The position numbers and the translations under genes were made by a program. Below are positions 20,121 to 31,900 of a stretch of DNA of 32,792 nt, piece after piece; the first letter of the stretch is position 1; every line of letters begins with the position of its first letter. The notes under the pieces were generated by a model. It was not told where the DNA came from, made no database searches, and was given only the letters and a program-made list of their open reading frames with translations. The stretch is from positions 13,039-45,830 of the forward strand of contig BLSG01000133.1 of the NCBI GenBank assembly GCA_012862495.1, written 5' to 3'. Origin of the DNA: Thraustochytrium aureum (Eukaryota).

Positions 20121-23100
20121 CTAGCGGTAGTCGTACTCGCTCTCGCGGTAGTCTCCGTAGCTACCCTGGCCAGCCCCGCTGCCGCCGCCGCGAGCGCCGT
20201 AGCCGCTGCCGCTACCACCGCGCGAGCCATACCCGCCGCCGCCGTATCCCACCGCCACCACCATACTCCNNNNNNNNNNNNNNNNNNNNNNNNNNNNNNN
20301 NNNNNNNNNNNNNNNNNNNNNNNNNNNNNNNNNNNNNNNNNNNNNNNNNNNNNNNNNNNNNNNNNNNNNNNNNNNNNNNNNNNNNNNNNNNNNNNNNNNN
20401 NNNNNNNNNNNNNNNNNNNNNNNNNNNNNNNNNNNNNNNNNNNNNNNNNNNNNNNNNNNNNNNNNNNNNNNNNNNNNNNNNNNNNNNNNNNNNNNNNNNN
20501 NNNNNNNNNNNNNNNNNNNNNNNNNNNNNNNNNNNNNNNNNNNNNNNNNNNNNNNNNNNNNNNNNNNNNNNNNNNNNNNNNNNNNNNNNNNNNNNNNNNN
20601 NNNNNNNNNNNNNNNNNNNNNNNNNNNNNNNNNNNNNNNNNNNNNNNNNNNNNNNNNNNNNNNNNNNNNNNNNNNNNNNNNNNNNNNNNNNNNNNNNNNN
20701 NNNNNNNNNNNNNNNNNNNNNNNNNNNNNNNNNNNNNNNNNNNNNNNNNNNNNNNNNNNNNNNNNNNNNNNNNNNNNNNNNNNNNNNNNNNNNNNNNNNN
20801 NNNNNNNNNNNNNNNNNNNNNNNNNNNNNNNNNNNNNNNNNNNNNNNGCCGTCTTTCGTGCGCCCCTTGCCCTTGCGCGCGAGCTTGCGCTCCTCGAGCG
20901 TCTCGGGACGCTTCCAGTATCGGTCCAGCACCTCGACGTAGGGCATGCGCTTCAGCTCGCTGGGCTTTGCAGTGAACTTGAGCGAGAACCGCTCTTTCTG
21001 CACCTCCGTCACGCGCACGCCGATGTCGGACCCGATCGTGTACCCGAGCGACTCCACCCACTGTTTCAGCGTGAGCTGGTTCGGGTCAGCCACGTACGGG
21101 TCGTTCGGGTCCCCGCCAAACTTGAGCTGCGGGACGCGCTCGTCCGCCATGTCCGCCATGTAAACGCTCCCGCGCAGCCCCTGCGGAAGGGTGAGCTCGA
21201 CCCACTTGTCTTTGAAGCCGGAGATGCGCGCCGTCACGTCAGAGCCTTTCTGCAGCGTCCGGTCATCTTCGCCTGTCAGCAAGTTGAAGAGCGCATCCGC
21301 ACTCAGCGGCGCGCGGGCCTTGAAGCACGGCGCGAACGGGAGCTGAATCTCGCGCTTGCACAGTTCCAGCTGTCCCATGTCAAGGATGTCCTCCGAGCAA
21401 ACCGTCTGAAGCGGCTCGAGCGCGCTCTCGAGGTCGATGCTCGAGATTGCGTCGCCTTCGATGCCCCAGTTCGGGGCGTCTCCTGCCGACGCGCCAGGTG
21501 CGCCGAGGTCCATCCCCGGTGTCGTACCGGCCTGCATCCCAGCGTGCGGGTCAGCGGGGTCAAGGCCAGCATCGCCGACACCGCGGTAAAGGCTCAGCGA
21601 CGAGGAGGCGACCGGGTCTGCAAAAATGGCACGCCGACGGAATCGGTGCGGGTCGTGCGAGACAGTGAGGTCGGTGAAAGGGACCCAGAACGCAGACCCG
21701 CGGCGCGCCAGCCACTGCGGGTCGCTGTCGAGCTTCTTGGTCACGCGGCGCATGCTCTTCTCCATCACGGTTTTGATTGCCTTGCGCACGTTGAAGTGCA
21801 GCTTGCCGGCTTCGTCGCGCTCTGGGATCTGCGAGGTGGCCCCGCCCGAGGCGCTGCTCTTGGCTTCCCAGCAAAGGAAGACGGCCACGTCCTCCAGCTC
21901 GGGGTGGATCCGCGTCATGTCGATCAGGTTGTAAGCCTGCTCCAGCTCGCCATCATAGTTCTCGCGCTCCTCGAAAGGGTCAAGGGCGCGGTCCCAGATG
22001 CGCAGGAAGCCGGCCGCGTTCTTGTACACGACCGCGCCAGACGCGAGCGCGTCTGGGCCGTACTCGAGGCTGTCCTCTGAGGCGCCGCCTAAGAGGGGCA
22101 AAAGCTGGCTGCGCTCAGTGACCATCTTGCCTGTCCGCTCCACGGCCAAAAGGAGCGCCGTGGCTTTGCGAAAGCCCAGCCCAGGCGCGAACGGGACCAC
22201 AGAGCGCGGGTGCTGCTGGCGCACGCAGTGGTTGATGTCTACGCCAGAAAAGGCAACCGCTGTGACGAGCACGCGCTCGAGGCTCCGCAGCAGCGTCAGA
22301 GCAGGGACTTGGGCCTGGAGCGGATGAAAGGTGAGCGAGAATATCTCGTTCGCCTCCATCTTGGTCACATCCGCGCGGGTGTAGTCAGTCCAGAGCGCGC
22401 AGACTTCTGCGAGCTGGTCCTGCGCGCACCTCGCGATGGAGATCGCGCGACGCATATGGATGTGAAAGTCGGGAAACTCGCGCGTGCGCGCCTCGCAGGT
22501 TCCCGCCGCAAAGGCAACGGCGTCGTCAATGATGAGCGGGACGAAGAACCCGCGCACGTTTTCGATCATCGCGGCGTGGCGGTCCTCGTCGAATTCGTGC
22601 ATCTCGGCGGCACCATTGCTTGCTGGGTTGAAGCGCTCCACGCGCTCCTGGGCGATGCGCTCCAGGCCCATCAGCAGGCCCCGAATTCGCATTCCAGCGC
22701 TCCCGTTGAGCAGCACAAAGTGCGGCTTGGTCTTGTTGAGGAGCTTTGTGAGGCGGGTCTCCACCTCGTGCCGGCGCGCCACAGACGGGAGCTTGTCAAA
22801 GTCCTCGATGGTGCCGTCTCCGCGCAGCACGACGCAAAAGTTGGGCTCCCGGTGCTCGTCTGTTAGGTAGACTCCCATTACGCGCACGTGCTGCGGCTCG
22901 AGCTGCGCGACAGCCGGGATCTTGATGCGAGGGTGCTCTGCGGGAAACCTGGCCGGGGCCACTGTGGCTAGCTCCCACAGGCGGTCGCAGCCTGGCGCAC
23001 GATAAAGCTGCGCGAGCGTTCCGCGAGGTCGTGAAACATTTGCGCTTCCACGAACGGCACCATGTGGCGCACCACTGCCGTTTTGAGCACTTCAAAGCGG

Positions 23101-25947
23101 AGGCGATCCCACGGCTGGAAGATCTCAGCCTCGGGCAGCTTGACCTGGGCCTCTTCCTTCTTGCCCGAGAGGGCGGCAACCGCCAGGTCGGGCTCGCCGT
23201 CCTCCAGCACCGTGGCCAGCCGGAGGCGGTCGACACCGTTCTGGGACATCAAGTAGGGGGCGAGCTCGGTCATCATGTGGAAGGTCAGCGCCGCGCGGTT
23301 GCTCCGTTTGGTGAGCAGGCCCTCGGTCTCGGCCTTTGCAATCAGTACAAACTGGGTGCGAAAGTCAAACTTGGGGTCGATCCCGCTCTCGGGTTGCTCG
23401 ATAAACAGCGAGTAGGGCTTGTCGACCAGGGACGCGATGCAAAGTACTCTGACATCGGATCCGTCGCCACGATGCTGCGCCCGCGCACAGTGAGCTTGGT
23501 CGTCACCGCGCCGCGCGTGCGGTACAGCTGCCTCAGGTACTCGCGCACGCGCGGCTCGAGCGACAGTTCGCGAGCGAGGTTTTGCACGGCCGCGCCGAGG
23601 ACGAGCGCTTCCGAGTTGAGCTCCTTGCCCATGGCGGCCATCGCCATGGTGGTCGGGTCGTGCTGCTCGTGCTCCTTCGCGGGAAACAGGGGCTGCGCCG
23701 CCTCGACGGACGCTGCGAACCGTCGCGGGCAGCCGATCAGCTGCGTGATGCTCTCTAAACCGTGCTTCTGAAGGATCTGGTAGTTGGCCAAGCGGTGTTC
23801 GTTGCGCCGTTTGATTTTGCGATGCGCCGCCTTGGCCGCTTTGCGCTTCATGGCCTCCTCCTTGCGGCGCGCACGCTCGCGCTGCCGCTCGATCGTCGCC
23901 TTCGTCGAGGCCTCGAAGTTTTCGTCGTCGTCCATGTCGTCCATGTCGTCCATCCCCAAGAGCTTTTGCTCGGTTGTGAGCTCGCCGCTCTCGCCGCCCA
24001 TGTCCGAGTCCGAGTCCGAGTCTGAGAGCGAGTCCGAGTCTGAGCTGTCCTCGTCGCCATCCTGGTCGTCGGCCGCCTTTGTTTCCTCGACTGTGCCATT
24101 CCCAGCGGGGTCCGCTTTCTGGGCCTCTGAAGCGGCACTGCTTTCGGCCGCGTTGGCCTCCGGCTCTGCGCCGGTCTTGGCTTCGCCGCCGTTTCCTCCA
24201 GGGGCGCCCTTGGGCACAAAGTCCTCGTCGTCCTCGTCCTCGTCGTCAAAGAGGGCTTCGATCTCTGCCGTTGGGCGGACCTGCGAGGAGCCAGCCTGTG
24301 CGGCGAGCTCGCGGTCCTTCTTGCGCTTGGCCTTGCGCGCCTCGCGCTTTTCACGCTTGGCGGCCTTCTTTGCGCGTCGCTTGGCCGCGCGGTCTGGGTC
24401 GTCGTCTCCGGCGGCGGCGCCGTCGCCAAACTTGAAGATGATGTAGTGGTGCAGGTCGCGGAGCCACTGCGGGGTCAGCTCGGTGGCGTTTTGAGCTGTC
24501 AGGCGCTTGAGAAGCACGTCGCGCAGCGGCTTGCCGCTGCGCGATACCGCGTGCAGGTCGCCTTGGACAGTCTCCTCGTCAAGGTACTCGGCGGGTACGG
24601 CTCGGCTAATGAGCTTGGCTAGGATCTCGCGCCGCTCCACGAGCTTGGCGTAGCGCAGCGAGAGGTCGTACACGGTCCACAGGTCCTCGATGGTGAGCGG
24701 CTTGATCTTGTCGAACCGGTACATGTAAATAAAGGGGACCTCCAGGTTGTGCTGCTGGAGGTACCGCAGCGCGCTGGCCACAGGCCCGACCAGGTCGCCC
24801 GGTGAGGGCATGTCCTGCGGCAGCAGACCTCGACCCTCGTACTCGACCAGGAGCTGCGACAGACCCAGTTCGCCTGCGCCTCGCGCTGGGCACTGAGGCT
24901 GTTGCCCGTGCCAGAGCCCATGCTCGTGCCCGTCAGCGAGATGGACATCGGGTCCATCTCAAGCGCGGAGGCATCGGCGTCGGGGCCGCCCAGCGACTCG
25001 GGCGGCCGAAGGAAGAGCTCGCCGCCAAAGTCCTTGGAGCGCACGAACCCCATCGCAGACTCGGTGGTCTGGAAGCGCTCTGGCAGGTCGATCTTGCGGA
25101 TCTCCTGGTCCTCGTCCAGCAGGTAGCTCTGTGCGCGCGTGTCGAACTCGAACATGTCCTCTATCCTGCGCTTGATTTGCTTGAGGCGCTTCTTGCCCTT
25201 TTCTTGCTCGGACTGAAAGTTGAACTCCTCCTCCTCGTCGCCATCCCCAAAGTCGTCCCCCTCAAAGTCTTCCTGCTTGTACCCGAACAGCTCCGCGAAG
25301 CGCGTTTCCTGCTCTTGGACCTCCCGGCTCAGGCCCTTGACGCGCTTCTTCTTCTTCTTGCGCCGCGGGTTTTCGTCGACAATAAACCCGCCGTCGTCGT
25401 CCGAGTCGTCGGCCGAGTCTGCGTCGCCGAGGCCGTCCTCGCCCTCGCCTTCGCTGTCGCCCTCGCCGCGGCCCTCCCGCTGGGCGTTCGCTTCGCGCAC
25501 GAGCATCAGGTCGTCTTCGTCGACCTCGATCTTGCGCTTGGCCTTTTTGAACCGCCGGCGCCTTTTCACCTTTTTCTCGTCCTCGTCGCTGGACTCTTCT
25601 TCCTCGTCGTCTTCGCCGCTCGACACCACAAAGCCGTCCTTTTCGTACGCGTTGTTGTTTTGCACGTCGTCCTCGTCGTCCTCATCCTCGTCCTCGTCGC
25701 CGCCAGATCCGCTTTCCGAGGCCTCGTCCTCCACGACCTTTTTCATCTTCTTCTTCGTCGGCATGTCCGCCTTGCCGCTCGTCCCGCCGTCGCTCTCCTT
25801 GTCCTTGCCCAGGCCGTCGCCGGCCCGGTCCTCGTCCTCGTCGCCGCTGTCCGGCTTGCGCTTTTTCGTCTGCCCAGCCTCCTTGCGCGGCGCTACGTCC
25901 TCTTCCTCGTCCTCGGACACCGAGTCGTCATCGCTCTTGCCCGCCAT
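20121..25947 (-). CDS. SPT6: Transcription elongation factor / histone chaperone SPT6 (frameshifts near 24861, 23442, 22987, 20249; gap 20270-20847)
   Basis: Acidic N-terminus; IRKIDLPERFQ; LEVPFIYMYR; LEPRVREYLR; AETEGLL; YqgF-like region; EFPD..MRRAISIAR; FHPLQ; GVDIN...PGLGFRKA; VYKNAAGFL; DMTRIHPE; S1 domain. Gly/Tyr/Arg tail ends DYR-TAG at 20121-20123. The tandem SH2 is not visible and presumably lies in the gap. Confidence 0.93.
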
Positions 25948-27018
25948 CCCGCGGCGCACACGCCTGTACGGACGCACGGCCGTACCTCGCACGGGCGCAC
26001 TACGCACGGAAGAACGACCACCGGCCGCCCAGACGGTTGCCACCNNNNNNNNNNNNNNNNNNNNNNNNNNNNNNNNNNNNNNNNNNNNNNNNNNNNNNNN
26101 NNNNNNNNNNNNNNNNNNNNNNNNNNNNNNNNNNNNNNNNNNNNNNNNNNNNNNNNNNNNNNNNNNNNNNNNNNNNNNNNNNNNNNNNNNNNNNNNNNNN
26201 NNNNNNNNNNNNNNNNNNNNNNNNNNNNNNNNNNNNNNNNNNNNNNNNNNNNNNNNNNNNNNNNNNNNNNNNNNNNNNNNNNNNNNNNNNNNNNNNNNNN
26301 NNNNNNNNNNNNNNNNNNNNNNNNNNNNNNNNNNNNNNNNNNNNNNNNNNNNNNNNNNNNNNNNNNNNNNNNNNNNNNNNNNNNNNNNNNNNNNNNNNNN
26401 NNNNNNNNNNNNNNNNNNNNNNNNNNNNNNNNNNNNNNNNNNNNNNNNNNNNNNNNNNNNNNNNNNNNNNNNNNNNNNNNNNNNNNNNNNNNNNNNNNNN
26501 NNNNNNNNNNNNNNNNNNNNNNNNNNNNNNNNNNNNNNNNNNNNNNNNNNNNNNNNNNNNNNNNNNNNNNNNNNNNNNNNNNNNNNNNNNNNNNNNNNNN
26601 NNNNNNNNNNNNNNNNNNNNNNNNNNNNNNNNNNNNNNNNNNNNNNNNNNNNNNNNNNNNNNNNNNNNNNNNNNNNNNNNNNNNNNNNNNNNNNNNNNNN
26701 NNNNNNNNNNNNNNNNNNNNNNNNNNNNNNNNNNNNNNNNNNNNNNNNNNNNNNNNNNNNNNNNNNNNNNNNNNNNNNNNNNNNNNNNNNNNNNNNNNNN
26801 NNNNNNNNNNNNNNNNNNNNNNNNNNNNNNNNNNNNNNNNNNNNNNNNNNNNNNNNNNNNNNNNNNNNNNNNNNNNNNNNNNNNNNNNNNNNNNNNNNNN
26901 NNNNNNNNNNNNNNNNNNNNNNNNNNNNNNNNNNNNNNNNNNNNNNNNNNNNNNNNNNNNNNNNNNNNNNNNNNNNNNNNNNNNNNNNNNNNNNNNNNNN
27001 NNNNNNNNNNNNNNNNNN

Positions 27019-28143
27019 GCTCGCGACCAATCCGTACACGCCATCCTTGTCGAGCTCGGCGCGCTGACCAGCAACGGCAGCGCCGACGACTCCGAGATGG
27101 CAGCCGACCGCGCCGAAATGCTAGCGCGCGGCGCGGACGAGGGGCGCAAGTGCGAAAAGCGCTTGCGGCAGATCTTTCTGGCTATCAAGTACTGCGGCAC
27201 GCCGGACGAGTGGGAGGCAGCTGCCCACGCGGCCGAGTTCGCGCTCGTCCGCGGTATCTACTTGCATTGGGGTCGCGCGGACCGCACGCCGAGCGCGGTG
27301 CGCTCGCTGACCTGCGTGCTGCTCGAGACGTTCGTCAAGCTCGACAGCTCGCTGATTCGTCACTACGTGGACGGCGAGTGGGGCCTCGACCCCGTCGACT
27401 TTTTGGCCAATGCTGAGCTCGGCCTCCAGGAGGCGAGCCCCGACGAGACCAGCCTCTTCTCCTGGCTCTCTCTGCTCTACAGCTTTCTCACCGAGGTGCC
27501 AAGGCTCCCGGCCGAAGCCCTGCCCGCCGAGGACACGATTGCGGTGCTCGTGGCGGCGATGGGGGCCCGGGACCAGGACGTCTTCCTGATGGCCACCTAC
27601 GTAATCCTCGCCCTCAACTCGCACTACGGGTTCACGGCCAACCAGGCGCGCCCGGAGGCGCCCGAGACGGGCGAGGAGGACATGGCTGCCACGCTCGGCG
27701 AAGAGCCCAACCTCGTCCTTCACGTTGTGCAGGCGGACCGGAAAAATGGGGAGCTGTTTGGCGAGGCCGTCTTGCACCTGCTCAACACGCAGAGCTTTCC
27801 GTACGACGACCCGGTGCTTTTGGGCCAGATCCTGTACTTTTTGCGTGCGGTGTTTTCGACGCGGGCCACGAGCGAGTTTTTCCACACCAACGACCTCAAG
27901 GTGATGGTGGACATCACCCTGTTGCAGCTGGCCAACCTCCCGCCAGAGGACGAGTTCCGGTGCGACTACATCCGGATCCTCCACCTTATTGTGCTCTGCG
28001 CCCCGGCCTGGCGCAAGTACCGCCGCGCAGACATTCTCGACGCGCTTGACAACGTGCTGCAGGGCGCGGGTTCTGGCATGCTTCCAGCCGCGCAGGCTTT
28101 CGCAACCCGGGTGCTCCTTGACTGCATCAACTATTTGTCCTAG
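27019..28143 (+). CDS. NCKIPSD: SPIN90/WISH/Dip1/Ldb17-family (DUF2013 leucine-rich domain) Arp2/3 activator; 5' end in gap
   Basis: Signature FFHTNDLKVMVDITLLQLANLPPEDEFRCDYIRIL, preceded by ILALNSHY, NLVL and FGEAVLHLLN...DP, in a helical Leu-rich protein. Confidence 0.82.
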   Translation, partial: ARDQSVHAILVELGALTSNGSADDSEMAADRAEMLARGADEGRKCEKRLRQIFLAIKYCGTPDEWEAAAHAAEFALVRGIYLHWGRADRTPSAVRSLTCVLLETFVKLDSSLIRHYVDGEWGLDPVDFLANAELGLQEASPDETSLFSWLSLLYSFLTEVPRLPAEALPAEDTIAVLVAAMGARDQDVFLMATYVILALNSHYGFTANQARPEAPETGEEDMAATLGEEPNLVLHVVQADRKNGELFGEAVLHLLNTQSFPYDDPVLLGQILYFLRAVFSTRATSEFFHTNDLKVMVDITLLQLANLPPEDEFRCDYIRILHLIVLCAPAWRKYRRADILDALDNVLQGAGSGMLPAAQAFATRVLLDCINYLS

Positions 28144-28414
28144 TCCTCTAGTAGCTAGTAGGGAGAAGCGAAAGGCTCGCCCTCCCCTTGGTCGTCTTGG
28201 GCCACGCTCATTTCGGGCCAGCCAGCGCCTGCCGAAGTAAATTAGTCTCGATGAAACGATGAGCTTCTGCTTCATGCGAGAAATCGCAAGGTCTGCGCTC
28301 GCGCAGAACATGGAGCGATTGCTGGCAAGTGCAGTGTGTGGTGCCGGGTCGGAGAAGATACTTCGCATACTTCTAGACCCAGGCAGTTCATCGATGATTT
28401 GGTTCGTTCGGGCC

Positions 28415-28743
28415 CGAGCTGGGGGTCTCTTGAGGACGTGGCTTGTGTCGCGCGCTGGCACGTCCCGTCCCAGGCTGNNNNNNNNNNNNNNNNNNNNNNN
28501 NNNNNNNNNNNNNNNNNNNNNNNNNNNNNNNNNNNNNNNNNNNNNNNNNNNNNNNNNNNNNNNNNNNNNNNNNNNNNNNNNNNNNNNNNNNNNNNNNNNN
28601 NNNNNNNNCGAGCTGGGGGTCTCTTGAGGACGTGGCTTGTGTCGCGCGCTGGGGTCTCTTGAAGACGTGGCTTGTGTCGCGCGCTGGGGGTCTCTTGAAG
28701 GACGTGGCTTGTGTCGCGCGCTGGCACGTCCCGTCCCAGGCTG
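28415..28743. repeat. 35-37 bp minisatellite GCTGGGGGTCTCTTGAGGACGTGGCTTGTGTCGCGC spanning an assembly gap
   Basis: One copy left of gap 28478-28608 and three right of it; both sides end in the same GCACGTCCCGTCCCAGGCTG. Confidence 0.9.
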
Positions 28744-28974
28744 ACGAAGGGGGCAGTCTCTAGAGTCTTTAGCGTGTTGTCTCCGTGCTCGGTGAATGAC
28801 GGCTAGATCTTTTTTCTTTCTTCTACAACACATTTTCCATCCGCGAGCAGCCGAGCGCGCGACGGCGCGCACCGGAGCGAGCTTCTGGCCCGACCATCTG
28901 GCCAACCGAACGCGCCCCAAGGGTTTTCTCGCGGCTAGCTAGAGCCACCCGCGGTCGTGCGAATGAGGTACTCC

Positions 28975-31900
28975 CTACATGACGGTGCAGCCGCACCCGC
29001 CGCCGTGCGCCGGAGCCGCAGCGCCCAGCGGTCTCGGAGCCTCGGCCGCCCAATCATCAGCGTCCGACACAAGTTTTGACGATGCTGGGCTCGCGACGGG
29101 CGAGGCGCCGCCTGATTTCGCGCCCGACTGGCCTTTGCTGTCCTTGTCCGCAGAACCCTCTGCTGACAGGTCGCGTGGGCCCTCGTCGTCCGAATCATCG
29201 CGATATGCGGTCGTCAAATCTTTCATGACACTATCCTCGAAAGCCACGTTGTCAGCCCCTATGGACAGCACGCCGCGCTCCTGGGTGGTAGACTTTCTCT
29301 GTGACGCGCGGAACGAGAAAGCTTTCTTGCTGCTTTGGCTGGAAAAGCGGCGGCTTGGAGGGCGCAGCTCAGAGCCGTCAATGGTCTGCTCCATGGTTCG
29401 GGCCAGCCCGTTGGACCGCTTGAGCAACTCGACCTCCTGCTCGTTCATTAGCGTCGGGCCAGCGGCCCCTTTGCTGAGGAATACAGACTTGATCTGGCGT
29501 CGAAGCCCCGTCGGCGCACTCATCTTGCGCGAGAGGACGCTTCTACGGGTTTTGCGCGCGCGCACGCGCGCCAGGACCCGCATTTGCGAGTTGCCCAAGA
29601 GATAGCGCTGCCCGGGCTGCAGCAAGGCCGGGCTGTCGTCGGCCGTCGTTCGCAGAAAGGTTCCCGTACGCGAGTGAGCGTCGATGAGGCGCCAGTGCTG
29701 CTCGACCGGGTTGAACACGATGCGGCAGTGCAGGGGCGAGATGAGCGGGTCATTGGCGACGCTAACCGAGCACTGCGGGCTGCTTCCGATGGTGCACTCG
29801 CTTTCGTTGACGAGGAAGAGGCGGCGCTGCAGAGGGCCCTTGATTGCTTGGATGATGAGAAACGAGTCGAGGCCCGGGTAGGTGATGGGACGCGTGTCCT
29901 CGTCTAAGCCGAACGCGCCTAGCACGTCCTTGTACTCGCTCACGCGAGCAAAACCAAAGCTCTTGTCCACATTATTGCTCACGCGAAGCTCGACGTTGTC
30001 TTCGGAAACAAAAGTGGAAATTGACCTGCTGTGCACGGTGGCCTCGTCCTCATTGGGGCGGTGGCGGACGAGCGCTATGCTTCCGCGCTTTTCGATTTTG
30101 TTGCGCATGTACTCCTCTGCCTGCTCTTGGAGCGCTTGAAAGTCGAGGTGGCCCGCGCTGCCCGATTTGGGATCCTCGTGCTGCCTCTTCGAGCTGCGGC
30201 GGCTCTTGGTGAACGGGCCACCGGACTCGGAGGCACTCGACCCGTACCCGTCTTCGTCGCTGTCAACCTGCTGGCCAACGCCATCGAGCGCTTCTCTGCC
30301 GCTCAGCGCCGGGTGGTCTTTGTGCCGCTCCTGCAGCTTGGCGAGCTGGTCGTTGGTCGCAAACCCGCTGCTCGCGAGGCGGAACGTCGTTTTGCTGGGG
30401 GCCGCCGTCGACTTTTTGCGCGCGGTCGCCTTGGTGAAACCGATGACGCGAAACTCGGATGCGCCGACGCGAAACACCTCTCCGGCAAGCAGGAGATGCG
30501 GCGGAGAGCTAGCCGCCTCGAGTCCAGGGGGCGTGCTGGCTGCGACCATGCAGAGCAGCGCCCGCTTGCCCGAGGCCTTTGCCGCGCTGATCACAAAGCC
30601 TTTTGCGCGCGGCGCATGATAGTGGCGTGGCACCGGCCCATGCGCGGGTCCTTCACAGAGAGTGTCATGAGCGGGCTAGAACCCAGCGAGACCTCGTCCC
30701 CACTCGTGACGCCCTGGAGCGCAAAGGCCTCGGTTGAGCCGTACCTCCACTCGCGCGAGCCGTCCCAGCGCGAGATGCGGACGGGCGCACGGAGCTCGAG
30801 GGCGAGGTCCTCGATCTCGCGCGGCGCAGAGAGCGCTTCCACGGCGCTTTCGCTTGACTGCGAGAGACCGAGACGGTCAAACCACGTCGCCTTGCTCACG
30901 TTGAGGTCCCACTTTTGGCCGAGGCCTATGGCCAGCTCCTTGCTGTTTTTCACGCGGTACGCCTCTGTAGGGTCGAAGAGGCAGACGGACATCTCCAGGC
31001 CGGAGCAGCAGCCGTTCCGCGTCGCCGCAACAGCGGCTGCGTCCGCGCTCGCGTCCTCGCAGGACGGCTCTTTGCCAGTTGAAGCAGACTTGTTCTTGGA
31101 GGACCTGCCCTTGTTGCCTGCCTTGTGCTTTGGGGTAGGGGGCGCTTCGCGAAACACGATCGTGTCCCCGTCGTACAACCCGAACGACCGCTCAGGGTGC
31201 AGCACCACGTGCACTGCTACGTGGCGCGCGAACAGAGCCTGCGCGCGGGAAAGCTTGGTTCCCTTGTGAAACGCCTCGGTGAGGTTGTGGGAGGTGACCA
31301 GCGTGAACGTGTTCTCGAAGGCGACCAACGTGGCGACCACCTTGATGGGGCAGTTGGGCAGCACGATGTTGCAGCCTCGGTCGCCCCCGATCGTGAAAAA
31401 CATGTTCTTCCGCCGGTTCATCCCGAGCGCCGACTTGCGCCGCGAGTACGAGGCCAGGAGTGGCGACGACCCGGACAACTCACTCGCCGACGGTATCGCC
31501 AACAGGTCGGGAAGCACGGGAGCAAACTCTACGGTGCCGGATTTCGCCCCAACTGAATACGCAAGCACGATCCGGGGATTCTCGGGGGCGGCGGCTGCGC
31601 CGCCGGGCTGATCGGCGCTGATTCGCTTGGACTCTGCCCCGGACAGATCGGCAGCGTTGTCGGACCAAATCTCGGAGCTCGTCATCATGTCAACGCCCTG
31701 CTCGTCTTCGGCGCCATCCAGCGTGCAGATGCGCTGGCCCGAGTCTATGAGCACCGATTCGCCGAACGATACGGCCTTCCTGGTGGCGCCCGGGTCGGAG
31801 CCCTTGCTCTTGTGCCCCTTTTTTTTCTGTTTTGACGGAGAGTTTAACGAAAACTCGGTGGGTCTCGCCGGCGAACCAGGGGCGGCCGCGTTCGCGTTCG

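Noticed and set aside
22960..22990. Stop-codon readthrough or an alternative genetic code at ORF breaks
   Set aside because: At each break examined the protein continues in a different frame rather than past the stop; TAG and TGA both end genes normally.
20121..25947. SPT6 and other frameshifted genes as pseudogenes
   Set aside because: Motifs are intact, there are no nonsense substitutions, and lesions are single-base indels mostly in homopolymers, which fits sequencing error.
28415..28743. 36-bp repeats as a CRISPR array
   Set aside because: Units are directly adjacent with no unique spacers, there are no cas genes, and the context is eukaryotic.
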